Made by a program: the position numbers and the translations under genes | Assembly (NCBI GenBank): GCA_964507275.1 | Contig: CAZDPG010000001.1 | Span: forward strand, 86,503 to 150,502 | Direction: 5' to 3' | DNA length: 64,000 nt | Source: an uncultured Candidatus Saccharibacteria bacterium | GTDB lineage: Bacteria > Patescibacteriota > Minisyncoccia > Phycocordibacterales > Phycocordibacteraceae | Shown: positions 27,482-36,553 of the stretch, piece by piece | Numbering within the stretch: the stretch's first letter is position 1 | Layout of the letters: every line of letters starts with the position of its first letter | Notes under the pieces: model-generated | Seen by the model: the letters and a program-made list of their open reading frames with translations, nothing else | What the model was told of the DNA's origin: nothing | Database searches by the model: none

Positions 27482-27566
27482 CCGGCCAAGCCAGAAACGC
27501 TAAAGTGCCACCTCACGAGGGTGGCGCTTTTGATTTTTTATACGGTGCATGGTAGGGTTCCTGCAT

Positions 27567-27920
27567 ATGTCAATTCGAATGCGCCACACCCGCGGACACA
27601 CCAATAACCGCCGGTCGCACCATGCCCTCAAGAATACGAATGTCGTCACCGATAAGGAGACTGGCAATTCCCGCCTTCCGCACCACCTCGACGAGGTGAC
27701 GGGTATGTACCGCGGGAAGCAGATTGCCCCTGCTCGCGCACCGCGCGTGTCCAAAGAGAAGGTGAAGGGCGCCTCGACCGAACCGGTCGTGAAGCATGTC
27801 CATGAGCACGCGCTTGAGGAGCACTCGAATGCAGAAGTGAAGGCTTCGAAGGGAGTCGCCGGCAAGGTCGCTACAGGCGGTCGGCCGAAAGCGAGAAGCG
27901 GTTTCGGCGGAGGCGCGTAA
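27567..27920 (+). CDS. rpmF: 50S ribosomal protein L32 with a C-terminal extension of about 60 aa
   Basis: RRSHHAL...[14 protein letters not shown]...YRGKQI aligns to the L32 core (RRSHDAL...SGEKHLRHHI...YRGRKV). A basic Gly-rich extension follows. Confidence 0.7.
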   Translation: MSIRMRHTRGHTNNRRSHHALKNTNVVTDKETGNSRLPHHLDEVTGMYRGKQIAPARAPRVSKEKVKGASTEPVVKHVHEHALEEHSNAEVKASKGVAGKVATGGRPKARSGFGGGA

Positions 27921-27939
27921 ACTATTTTCCATTGCAATC

Positions 27940-27967
27940 AACACGGCCGCGCTTGCGCGGCCGTGTT
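27940..27967. terminator. intrinsic terminator after rpmF
   Basis: AACACGGCCGCG-CTTG-CGCGGCCGTGTT is a perfect 12-bp stem, followed by ATTTG. Confidence 0.65.
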
Positions 27968-27970
27968 ATT

Positions 27971-27979
27971 TGCTATACT
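27971..27979 (+). promoter_or_regulatory. extended -10 element TGcTATACT upstream of nusB
   Basis: Identical nonamer to the one at 14246. Lies 24 nt before the nusB ATG. Confidence 0.3.
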
Positions 27980-28002
27980 GCTTGAGCACCTAAGATCTTT
28001 CC

Positions 28003-28902
28003 ATGGCAAACCGACATCTCGCTCGCTCTATCGTCCTACAAACGCTCTTTGAGTGGGACACTACGGAAGCATCGAATAAGGACGCCGCTGCGATACTCGC
28101 ACGCAATGTCACCGAGTTCGGCGGCGATGATGTCGATCATCCGTTCATGGATCACCTCCTCGATGGCGTACTCGCCAAGAAAGACGATATCGATCTCGTT
28201 ATCGGGAAAGCCGCTCCCGAGTGGCCGCTCGAGCGCATCGCGCCGGTCGACCGCAACATCTTGCGTCTCGGTCTCTACGAGCTTCTTTTTGCTGATCGCG
28301 CGCAAGTGCCGGCAAAGGTCGCCATCAATGAGGCTATTGAGCTCGCGAAGACCTTCGGCGGGGACTCATCCGGCCGTTTCGTGAACGGTGTCCTGGGGGC
28401 CGTCTACAAAGAGCTCGGCGAACCAGGCAAAGATGAGCAGGGCGGGAAGAAAGTGAAGCGCGAAGAGCTCCCGCTCGAGAAGATGGGCGGCGCTATCGTG
28501 TATGCCAAGCATGATGGGCAGTACTATCTTGCGCTCGTGCATGATGTATTCGGACGATGGACCCTCTCGAAGGGACATATCGAGCAGGATGCCACGCCAG
28601 AGGCTGGCGTCACGCGTATCATCAAAGAAGAACTCGGCCTTGATGCGAAGGTTGAGAGCCAGGTCGGCGAGAATGAATACGTGGCTTCACACCCGGAGAA
28701 AGGGAAGGTGCGCAAGCACGTGTGGTTCTTCCTCGCCGCAAGCCAGTTCGAGCCTTTGATGTTGAAAAAGAGCGGCGGACTCGATGATGCGAAATGGTTC
28801 CGTCTGCAGGACATCATTGACCTTAATTTCTATGATGATATGCTCCCCATCGTCACGGTGGCCGTCCAAAAGCTCCTCGACCACGCGAGCACGCATGCCT
28901 GA
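28003..28902 (+). CDS. nusB: transcription antitermination factor NusB fused to a C-terminal Nudix-fold domain
   Basis: Residues 1-150 align to NusB (KVAINEAIELAKTFGG..SGRFVNGVLGAV). Residues 160-299 carry a Nudix-like box GRWTLSKGHIEQDATPEAGVTRIIKEELGL, which is degenerate at two Glu positions. Confidence 0.8.
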   Translation: MANRHLARSIVLQTLFEWDTTEASNKDAAAILARNVTEFGGDDVDHPFMDHLLDGVLAKKDDIDLVIGKAAPEWPLERIAPVDRNILRLGLYELLFADRAQVPAKVAINEAIELAKTFGGDSSGRFVNGVLGAVYKELGEPGKDEQGGKKVKREELPLEKMGGAIVYAKHDGQYYLALVHDVFGRWTLSKGHIEQDATPEAGVTRIIKEELGLDAKVESQVGENEYVASHPEKGKVRKHVWFFLAASQFEPLMLKKSGGLDDAKWFRLQDIIDLNFYDDMLPIVTVAVQKLLDHASTHA

Positions 28903-29587
28903 TTTCTCTTCACTCGAACAACGTCTCGAACTCTCGTTCACGACTCTCGACCTCCTTGTCGAGGCTTTGACGCACCGCTCCTACCTGAACGAGCATCGCG
29001 AATACAGTGGGTCGCATAATGAGCGGCTGGAGTTTCTCGGCGATGCCGTACTCGAGCTCGCCGTTACCGACTTCCTCTTCAAGAAATTTCCTGCGAAGCC
29101 TGAGGGAGATTTGACGGCATACCGTGCCGCTCTGGTGAACACGGTCTCGCTTGCCGAGAGCTCGAGCGCTCTCGGGATAAGCGACTACCTCCTACTCTCG
29201 AAAGGCGAGTCGAAAGATACAGGCCGCGCACGCGACGTCATCCTCGCCGACGCTTTCGAAGCAATCATCGGCGCTATCTATCTCGATGCAGGGTACGCCG
29301 CCGCCGAAGCGTTCATCGCAAAGCACTTGTATAAAAAAATAGACGACGTCATCGCCAAGCGCTCATACCAGGATGCGAAGAGTCTCTTCCAGGAGACCGC
29401 GCAGGAGAAGCGCGGCATCACGCCTTCCTATGAGACGCTCTCCGAAGTCGGTCCGGATCACGACAAGGTTTTCGTGGTGGGCGTATTTATCGGTGATACA
29501 GAAATCGCGCGCGGAGAAGGGAAGAGCAAGCAGGAGGCAGAGCAAGCAGCAGCGCAAGCGGGGCTTGATGCAATGAAGTGGGCGTAA
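28895..29587 (+). CDS. rnc: ribonuclease III
   Basis: Signature ERLEFLGDAVLE, catalytic DAFEAIIGAIYLD and a C-terminal dsRBD. The start overlaps the nusB stop (ATGCCTGA). Confidence 0.9.
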   Translation: MPDFSSLEQRLELSFTTLDLLVEALTHRSYLNEHREYSGSHNERLEFLGDAVLELAVTDFLFKKFPAKPEGDLTAYRAALVNTVSLAESSSALGISDYLLLSKGESKDTGRARDVILADAFEAIIGAIYLDAGYAAAEAFIAKHLYKKIDDVIAKRSYQDAKSLFQETAQEKRGITPSYETLSEVGPDHDKVFVVGVFIGDTEIARGEGKSKQEAEQAAAQAGLDAMKWA

Positions 29588-29618
29588 AGCCGTCTTCCAT
29601 TTGGTACAATAAACGACA

Positions 29619-31817
29619 ATGCTGAAGCGATTAGAGATCGTCGGATTCAAGTCGTTCGCGAAGAAGACGACGCTTGATTTCGTCAATACGACGACGGCCA
29701 TCGTCGGGCCGAACGGGTCGGGCAAGTCGAACGTCGCTGAGGCGTTCCGCTTCGCGCTCGGCGAACAGTCGATGAAGAGCATGCGTGGGAAGAAGAGCGA
29801 AGACCTCATCTGGGGCGGCTCGCACATGGCACCGCGCTCCAATCGCGCCTCGGTGGCAATCGTCTTCGATAATGCACGCCGGCAATTCAAGATAGACTTC
29901 GATGAGGTCTCTATCGAGCGCGCCGTCTTCCGCGATGGCACGAGCGAATACTCCATCAACGGTTCGCGAGTGCGCCTGCGCGATATCGAGGAGCTCTTGG
30001 CAAGTGCGAATATCGGCGAGACCGGGCACCACATCATTTCTCAGGGTGAGGCAGACCGTATCCTGCTCTCGTCCCCTCGGGAGCGTCGTGCGATGCTTGA
30101 GGATGCGCTCGGGCTCAAGATGTTCGAGTTCAAGAAGAACGAGGCAATCCGGAAGCTGGAAAAGGCTGATGAGAATATCGCTCAGGTGAATTCGCTCCGA
30201 CGTGAGCTCGCGCCGCACCTGCGCTTCCTGGAGAAGCAGGTGGAGAAGCTTGAGCGCGCTGATGGGCTGCGCACCGAGCTCGTGAACCTCGCACAGACGT
30301 ATTTCGCAATCGAGGATCGGTATCTCGCGCAGGAAAAGCTTCGTGTCGTGAAAGAGAAAGAAGCGTCGGCTGAGCGGCTCGCAGTCGTCACGGCAGAGCT
30401 TTCGAACATTGAGGAGCGCGTCACAATCGACGCCGAGGGGATAAAATGGCTCGAGCTCGTGCGCAAGACGGAGCGCGATGTCGAACGAGTAAGCGGCGAG
30501 CGTGGCGTGCTCGCCCGCGAGATAGGCCGTGTCGAAGGCGCGCTTGCTGCCGCAAAGGATCGCAGTGCGCGTATCGCTCGCGAGCCGTATGCGAAGGTGC
30601 CGCGCGAAGACCTGCAGGCGCTTGCGCAGGAGGTGGGGAAGCAGGCTGAGGAAGCGAAGACGCCGGAAGCCATCCGGGTTGCGCTCGATTCGATAGCTTC
30701 GCTCATCAAAGTATTCGTCGGCAGGTTCGCTTCGCCCACGGACGACTATCTCGCCGATGAAGAGCGGACGGCGTATGCGCTTGAGAATGAGCGCACCGAA
30801 CTGCTTGCCAAAGACGCACGTCTTGGCGCAGAGCTCGAACATGCGAAGTCGGCGCTTGCTCGTGCGCGCGAAGCGCTCACCGCACACGACGAGACTGGGC
30901 GTGAGCTGCGCCGCAACATTCTCGAGCTCGCCCAGACGAAAGCGCGCGAAGAGGGTGCGCTTATTGCGTTCTCTGCGAGAGAGCGCGAACTCGTCTCTCT
31001 TGCGGAGTCGCTCGATCGCGACAAAGCGGAGGCAGGCGCGCTCGCTGGCATGGCGGCCATCTCCTATTCGCCGCTCGATACACTTCCTGATGAAGACCGT
31101 CGCACGCAGGAGGAGCGCAAGCGCCTGCTTGAGCGCATTCAGATCCGCCTTGAGGAAGCCGGCGGCACGGGTGAAGACATCCGCCACGAATACGACGAAG
31201 TGAAGAGTCGAGAATCATTCCTCTCTTCCGAACTCGAAGACCTCGCGAAATCAGCATCGGGTCTCCGGGCGCTCATCGACGACTTGGATACTGAACTCAG
31301 CAAGCACTTCTCCGAAGGGCTCGCGAAGGTTAATGCCTCGTTCGGTGAATACTTCGCGCTCATGTTCGACGGCGGCGGTGCACGGCTCACGCTCGAAGAG
31401 CCCGAGGAAGACGAGGATGCCGAGAGCGAAGAGATGCTCGGCGAGCCGAAGGAGAAGGAGCGGGCAGGTATTGAGATCGCGGTCAATCTGCCGAAGAAGA
31501 AAGTGCGCTCCTTGATGCAGCTCTCGGGCGGCGAGCGAGCGCTCACTTCGATTGCCCTTATCTTCGCGATGAGCCAGGTGAATCCACCGCCATTTTTGAT
31601 ACTGGACGAGACCGACGCTGCGCTCGACGAAGCGAACAGCCGCCGCTATGGCGATATGATCGAGAACCTCGCAGAGAAGTCGCAGCTCATCGTTATTACG
31701 CACAACCGCGAGACCATGAGCCGGGCAGGCATTCTCTACGGCGTGACGATGGGCAACGATGGGGTTTCGAAGTTGTTGTCGGTTAAGTTTGATGAAGCGG
31801 TCGCCGTGGCGAAATAG
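29619..31817 (+). CDS. smc: SMC-family ATPase, short hinge-less form (732 aa)
   Basis: N-terminal MLKRLEIVGFKSFAKK and Walker A GPNGSGKSN. C-terminal LSGGERALTSIALIFAM, Walker B FLILDETDAALD and a D-loop. Coiled-coil middle has no Gly-rich hinge and no CxxC hook. The rnc-smc gene order is conserved. Confidence 0.7.
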   Translation: MLKRLEIVGFKSFAKKTTLDFVNTTTAIVGPNGSGKSNVAEAFRFALGEQSMKSMRGKKSEDLIWGGSHMAPRSNRASVAIVFDNARRQFKIDFDEVSIERAVFRDGTSEYSINGSRVRLRDIEELLASANIGETGHHIISQGEADRILLSSPRERRAMLEDALGLKMFEFKKNEAIRKLEKADENIAQVNSLRRELAPHLRFLEKQVEKLERADGLRTELVNLAQTYFAIEDRYLAQEKLRVVKEKEASAERLAVVTAELSNIEERVTIDAEGIKWLELVRKTERDVERVSGERGVLAREIGRVEGALAAAKDRSARIAREPYAKVPREDLQALAQEVGKQAEEAKTPEAIRVALDSIASLIKVFVGRFASPTDDYLADEERTAYALENERTELLAKDARLGAELEHAKSALARAREALTAHDETGRELRRNILELAQTKAREEGALIAFSARERELVSLAESLDRDKAEAGALAGMAAISYSPLDTLPDEDRRTQEERKRLLERIQIRLEEAGGTGEDIRHEYDEVKSRESFLSSELEDLAKSASGLRALIDDLDTELSKHFSEGLAKVNASFGEYFALMFDGGGARLTLEEPEEDEDAESEEMLGEPKEKERAGIEIAVNLPKKKVRSLMQLSGGERALTSIALIFAMSQVNPPPFLILDETDAALDEANSRRYGDMIENLAEKSQLIVITHNRETMSRAGILYGVTMGNDGVSKLLSVKFDEAVAVAK

Positions 31818-31886
31818 TCGTTTGGATGTTCATCCTCAAGACTGGTATAATTACCGCGTGTTCAACCAGTGCGAAAGGAGCATGTC

Positions 31887-32051
31887 ATGGCCTCACCGGC
31901 CGGAAGTAAGGGCGGAATTCCCGCCGATTTCAGACAGGAACTGAAAGATCTCCGCGCAAAAGACATGGCACAAAAAGCCACTGCTCCCGGCAAAGAGGAA
32001 ACATCGCCTCAATGTCAGCCAGCGAAAACGGCAGAAGATTCCAGTTCATGA
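31887..32051 (+). CDS. small hydrophilic protein (54 aa), hypothetical
   Basis: AGGAG 6 nt upstream of the ATG. Low-complexity charged product. Could be spurious. Confidence 0.25.
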   Translation: MASPAGSKGGIPADFRQELKDLRAKDMAQKATAPGKEETSPQCQPAKTAEDSSS

Positions 32052-32070
32052 CTGCAATGCAGTTGCAACG

Positions 32071-32102
32071 GACGCACGACCTACGGGTACGGCGTCTTTT
32101 TA
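32071..32102 (+). terminator. intrinsic terminator
   Basis: GACGC...GCGTC stem closing an internal palindrome, followed by TTTTTAT. Confidence 0.5.
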
Positions 32103-34049
32103 TACAACCGGTACGAAATCGAGCTCCCGCTCCATGACGCGCGCGGCGAGGAGCTTCACGCGGATAGGGTCGCCGAGGCGGAATGACTTACGTGTGCGTT
32201 TGCCGAGGATCTGGTAGTGCTTCTCGTCGTATTCGAAATAATCATCACCGACGTCTTTGATGCGGATCATGCCGTCGGCATGAGTCGTCTGCTCCTCGAC
32301 ATAGAGGCCGCGCTCGGTGACGCCTGAGATGACCGCGTCGAATTCTTCGCCGATGCGGTCTGCGAGGAATTCGACCTGCTTCATCTTGATGGAGTCCCGT
32401 TCGGCAGAAGCGGCAGCGACTTCGCGCTCGGATGCATGGAGGGCGAGCTTATCGAAGGCCTGCATCTCGGCAGGCGTGATAGGGTCGCCGCCGGCATGCG
32501 CCTTTACGAGGCGGTGGATCACGAGGTCGGGATAGCGGCGGATAGGCGAGGTGAAGTGCGTGTAGAACTCGAACGCGAGACCGAAGTGGCCGATGTTGCG
32601 CGTCGTGTAGATGGCTTTGCTCATCGAGCGGAGCGCGGCGGTCTTTACGAGATATTCCTCGGGCTTGCCTTTGACGGCCTCGAGGAGCTTGTTCAGCTCT
32701 GCACCGGTCACCTTGCCGCTACCGGACGTCTGCAGGTGATAACCCATGACGCGCAGGAGATTCGCGAGGTTCTCGATGCGGTCGGTATCGGGCTCGTCGT
32801 GCACGCGATAGAGTGAAGAGAAGTGCGGTCCACCATTGCTCGTGAGCTTCGCGAGATGCTTCGCCACCGCCTCGTTTGCGAGCAGCATGAAGTCCTCGAT
32901 GAGGAGGTTCGTCGCTTTGCGCTCCTTGAGCCGGATGGCAATCGGTTTGCCAGTCTCGTCGAGCTCGACCTTCACCTCGGCCGTGTCGAACTCGATCGCA
33001 CCCTTCGCCGCACGCCGCGCGCGGATCTTCTTCGAGAGCTCGAGGAGGGTAGCGAGCTCTTCATGCAAATCGCCTTTCCCGGCGTCGAGCACTTCTTGGG
33101 CATTCTCATACGTGAAGCGCTTATCGGAGTGGATGACGGTCTCGCCGAACCACTCGCTCGTGATGTTCGCGTCGCTATCGAGCGTGAAGACGGCTGAGAC
33201 GGCGAGGCGATCCTGGTCCGGGTTGAGCGAGCAGAGGTCGGTCGAGAGGATGTGCGGAAGCATCGGGATGGTGCGATCGACGAGATACACACTAGTCGCG
33301 CGTTCAACCGCCTCCTTATCGAGCGCATTGCCACCCTTCACGAAGAAGGAGACATCCGCGATGTGGACGCCGACTTCGATGAGCCCGTTCTCGAGTTTCC
33401 GTACGGAAAGAGCATCGTCGAAGTCCTTCGCGTCGAATGGGTCGATGGTGCAGGTCGTCACGTTTCTAAAGTCACGTCGGCGCGGATTCTCTGCCTCCGC
33501 TGCGAGTTCAGCACGACCATGCTCTTCGAGCCGCTTCGCTTCAGCCATGACGCCGGGAGGGAAAACAGGCGAGAATCCCTGACCCAGAGCGAGGGCGCGC
33601 ATCTCGGTCTCGTGCACGCCGGCTTTACCGATGATCTCTTCTATCGTGCCGAGCGGGTACTCTTTATCCGCAGCCCACTCTCCGAGACGCACAAGAATCT
33701 TATCGCCGAGCTGTGCCTCACCTCTGTCCAGGATGACGAGCGGCACGTACATCTTCTTGTAGTCCGGCTCGAGCATCGCAAGGCCGTTTTCTTCGATAAG
33801 CGTACCGACGAACGTCTCGCGTGCGCGAGAGACAATCTCTGTGACTTTCCCCGAGGCGCGCGGCGGCATCTTGCCCGAGGGGTCGCGATATTCGCCCATA
33901 GGAGTGACTTTCACCAGGTCGCCTGAGAGCGCGTGGTTGCTCCACTCTGGCGGGATGAGCAGGTCTTCTTGGTCATCGCCCAGGGCAAAGAACCCGAAAC
34001 CTTTCCGGGTCATCGTTATCGGACCCTCGTATATCTCTTTCTCTGGCAT
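32100..34049 (-). CDS. rnr: ribonuclease R / RNase II-family exoribonuclease
   Basis: N-terminal OB/cold-shock-like region, an RNB catalytic domain and a C-terminal S1 domain (GVTERGLYVE...GDPIRVKL). Confidence 0.85.
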   Translation of the reverse strand: MPEKEIYEGPITMTRKGFGFFALGDDQEDLLIPPEWSNHALSGDLVKVTPMGEYRDPSGKMPPRASGKVTEIVSRARETFVGTLIEENGLAMLEPDYKKMYVPLVILDRGEAQLGDKILVRLGEWAADKEYPLGTIEEIIGKAGVHETEMRALALGQGFSPVFPPGVMAEAKRLEEHGRAELAAEAENPRRRDFRNVTTCTIDPFDAKDFDDALSVRKLENGLIEVGVHIADVSFFVKGGNALDKEAVERATSVYLVDRTIPMLPHILSTDLCSLNPDQDRLAVSAVFTLDSDANITSEWFGETVIHSDKRFTYENAQEVLDAGKGDLHEELATLLELSKKIRARRAAKGAIEFDTAEVKVELDETGKPIAIRLKERKATNLLIEDFMLLANEAVAKHLAKLTSNGGPHFSSLYRVHDEPDTDRIENLANLLRVMGYHLQTSGSGKVTGAELNKLLEAVKGKPEEYLVKTAALRSMSKAIYTTRNIGHFGLAFEFYTHFTSPIRRYPDLVIHRLVKAHAGGDPITPAEMQAFDKLALHASEREVAAASAERDSIKMKQVEFLADRIGEEFDAVISGVTERGLYVEEQTTHADGMIRIKDVGDDYFEYDEKHYQILGKRTRKSFRLGDPIRVKLLAARVMERELDFVPVV

Positions 34050-34164
34050 TTCTTGTACTCTAGCAGATTACCCGTCCGATGCTATAGCGCTCATGCCGGC
34101 AGCTCCGTGAGGAAGATGGTCTTTCATTTGCGATTTTGACGTGGTTCTGGTACTGTTCGCCTAC

Positions 34165-34701
34165 ATGTTGATGATCCGATTTCAGCGCATCGGCCGGACT
34201 AATGATCCGGCATTTCGCATTGCCGTTCTTGAGAAGGAACGCGCAGCGAAGGCAGGGAACATAGTCGAACTCTTGGGTACGTACAACCCGAGGAGCAAAG
34301 CGCTTACTCTGAACGAGGAGAGCGTGAAGGGATGGATCGCCAAGGGCGCACAGCCGACGGATTCCATCCGCAACCTCCTCATCTCGAAGGGCGTCATCGA
34401 AGGGAAGAAGGTGAATGTGCTCCCGAAGAAGACTCCGCAGGTAGACGAAGCTGCCGTAGCAGCGGCAGCTGCTACCGAGGCCGCTGCAAAGGCAGAAGCC
34501 GCTGCAGCAGCTAAGGCTGCAGAAGAGGCTGCAAACGCCCCTGAAGCCGTTGTCGCTGAAGAGGTTCCGGCGGCTGAACCGACCCCAATCGCAGAAGACC
34601 TCCCGACCGAGGCAGAGGTAGAAGCAGAAGCAGAGCCAGCTCCGGCAGAAGAGGTGTCCGTAGAAGTTGAGTCGGCACCAGCCGAAACCCCGACCGCGTA
34701 A
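34165..34701 (+). CDS. rpsP: 30S ribosomal protein S16 with Ala/Glu/Pro-rich C-terminal tail of about 100 aa
   Basis: MLMIRFQRIGRTNDPAFRIAV...GTYNP aligns to S16 (MVTIRLARHG...FYNP). A low-complexity AAAEAAAK/PAEE tail follows. Confidence 0.8.
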   Translation: MLMIRFQRIGRTNDPAFRIAVLEKERAAKAGNIVELLGTYNPRSKALTLNEESVKGWIAKGAQPTDSIRNLLISKGVIEGKKVNVLPKKTPQVDEAAVAAAAATEAAAKAEAAAAAKAAEEAANAPEAVVAEEVPAAEPTPIAEDLPTEAEVEAEAEPAPAEEVSVEVESAPAETPTA

Positions 34702-34742
34702 CCCGCTCGCGCCCCGCGAGGCGGTGCTAACATATCCCTATC

Positions 34743-35042
34743 ATGGAACCAGACCAAGCTTTTCTCGAATATGCAGTAAAGGCGCTCGTCGATCATCCGG
34801 AGGCCATCGAAACGACGCGCACTATCGATCAGATGGGCGTACTGCTCACGCTCACCGTCCATCCGGACGACATGGGCAAGATTATCGGAAAGAGCGGCAA
34901 GACCGCTGAAGCGCTCCGCATCATCCTGCGTGTCGTCGGTATGAAAGGGAATGCTCGTGTGAATTTGAAGATTAACGAACCGGTTGGCGGGACGCGCGCT
35001 CCGGAAATGAAGACAGTCGATCAAGTGGTTGAGGAACTCTAA
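34743..35042 (+). CDS. KH-domain RNA-binding protein (YlqC/UPF0109-like)
   Basis: GKIIGKSGKTAEALRIIL is the GxxG KH motif. The rpsP-KH-trmD context is conserved. Confidence 0.75.
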   Translation: MEPDQAFLEYAVKALVDHPEAIETTRTIDQMGVLLTLTVHPDDMGKIIGKSGKTAEALRIILRVVGMKGNARVNLKINEPVGGTRAPEMKTVDQVVEEL

Positions 35043-35054
35043 TTCCTCGCTCAC

Positions 35055-35711
35055 ATGAAATTCCATCTCATCACCCTTTTTGAGGAAGCCTGCGACGCAT
35101 ATCTCTCGGCGTCTATCGTAGGGCGCGCCCGTACGGAGAAGAAGATTTCAGTAACGTATCAGTCTCCCCGTCCGTTCGTTGATAATAAATGGGGCAAGGT
35201 AGACGAGCGTCCGTATGGCGGCGGTCCGGGCATGGTGATGACGGCGCTGCCGGTGGTGCGGGCCGTCGAGAAGTCGCTGAAGTCGCGCAGTACGAAGCTG
35301 CGCAAACAGGTGATCATCTGGTTCAGTCCGAGCGGGAAGCAGTTTACGAATAAAGACGCCGATGCGCTCACCAAGTATGACGACGTGGTACTCGTGTGCG
35401 GCCGGTACGAGGGTATCGACGAGCGTGCGAAGAAAATGCTGAAGACGATTGCGACGGTGAAAGAATTCGCCGTGGGCGAAGCGATCTATACCGGCGGGGA
35501 AGTGCCGGCTCTCGCGATAGTCGATGCCGTCACCCGTCGCTTGCCGGGCGTGCTCGGCAAAGACGCTTCAGTCGAGGAACGCCGCATCGCTTCCTCCGCC
35601 GTCTACACTCGCCCCGAGACTATTTTGTATAAAGAGAAGAAATATAAAGTCCCCAAGGTCCTCCAGACCGGGCACCACGCGAACATCGATGCGTGGCGGG
35701 GTAAGAAATAA
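35055..35711 (+). CDS. trmD: tRNA (guanine37-N1)-methyltransferase
   Basis: MKFHLITLFEE, PYGGGPGMVM and LVCGRYEGIDER motifs. Confidence 0.9.
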   Translation: MKFHLITLFEEACDAYLSASIVGRARTEKKISVTYQSPRPFVDNKWGKVDERPYGGGPGMVMTALPVVRAVEKSLKSRSTKLRKQVIIWFSPSGKQFTNKDADALTKYDDVVLVCGRYEGIDERAKKMLKTIATVKEFAVGEAIYTGGEVPALAIVDAVTRRLPGVLGKDASVEERRIASSAVYTRPETILYKEKKYKVPKVLQTGHHANIDAWRGKK

Positions 35712-35713
35712 AA

Positions 35714-35737
35714 AAAGTCCCGCCGGGGCGGGACTTT
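35714..35737. terminator. bidirectional intrinsic terminator after trmD
   Basis: AAAGTCCCGCC-GGGG-CGGGACTTT, preceded by AAAAA. Confidence 0.6.
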
Positions 35738-35751
35738 CATGGCGGTCAGTG

Positions 35752-36267
35752 TCAGGCGACGCCGAACTTCTCGAGCATCTCAATGAAGCGGGTACCGTCT
35801 CGGTCGCGTGCGCTCATCACGCTGGCCTCGGGGCGTACGGAAGCAATCGCGAGCGTGTAGTTGCCCCAGACACTTCTTGTGGGTGCGTCGAAACGATGGT
35901 TATTCTCGAGCCAGATTTGCGCGTGGACGCCTTTCTTCCCGATTCCGCCTTGGACGTCTATCCAGGAGACTCCCGTGATTGTGTCCATGAGGGTCACAAC
36001 CCCTCCCTTGGTGTCCTGGCAGCAGATAAGCGTTTTCGTATCAGGGCGCAGCTCGGAAAGGAACTGCGTAAGCGCGGGGTACATGAAGCGTCCATGGTAC
36101 ATCTGCGTTCTGATTTGCCAGGGGCGATCGGCGCGATACGCATCCACGACGGCTTTCGGCCAATGGTCCGGGCGAAGATTGAGAATGATCCTCGGATCCT
36201 GAAGCGTCGCTTCGAGAAGCGGATTCGGGGGATCGACAATGAGTGAAGGTACTTGAGATGATGACAT
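35752..36267 (-). CDS. hypothetical cytoplasmic protein (171 aa)
   Basis: Intact ORF with GC-rich codon usage and no recognisable motif. Divergent from rpoB. Confidence 0.45.
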   Translation of the reverse strand: MSSSQVPSLIVDPPNPLLEATLQDPRIILNLRPDHWPKAVVDAYRADRPWQIRTQMYHGRFMYPALTQFLSELRPDTKTLICCQDTKGGVVTLMDTITGVSWIDVQGGIGKKGVHAQIWLENNHRFDAPTRSVWGNYTLAIASVRPEASVMSARDRDGTRFIEMLEKFGVA

Positions 36268-36553
36268 GACAGGTCTCCTTGGTCACTTTCAGTTGCGATA
36301 GTAAATCTCTCTGCGACAGATAATACGCCATAATTCATAGAAGTCAATATATACCAGAGTAATCTCTTGTCCCCAGACCCCTTGCACGAAAGAGGTCCCG
36401 TCTGGTACAGTACGAGCATCAGATACGACTGAGTAACGGAGGGCGGGGCAGATTCATACGGGAACCAAAGAAAAACGCATAAGCGCAAGCGGATTTATTT
36501 CCGTGCGTTCGCATTTGTATATAGTTTTTTTAATCACTTCACGCAACCACCAC

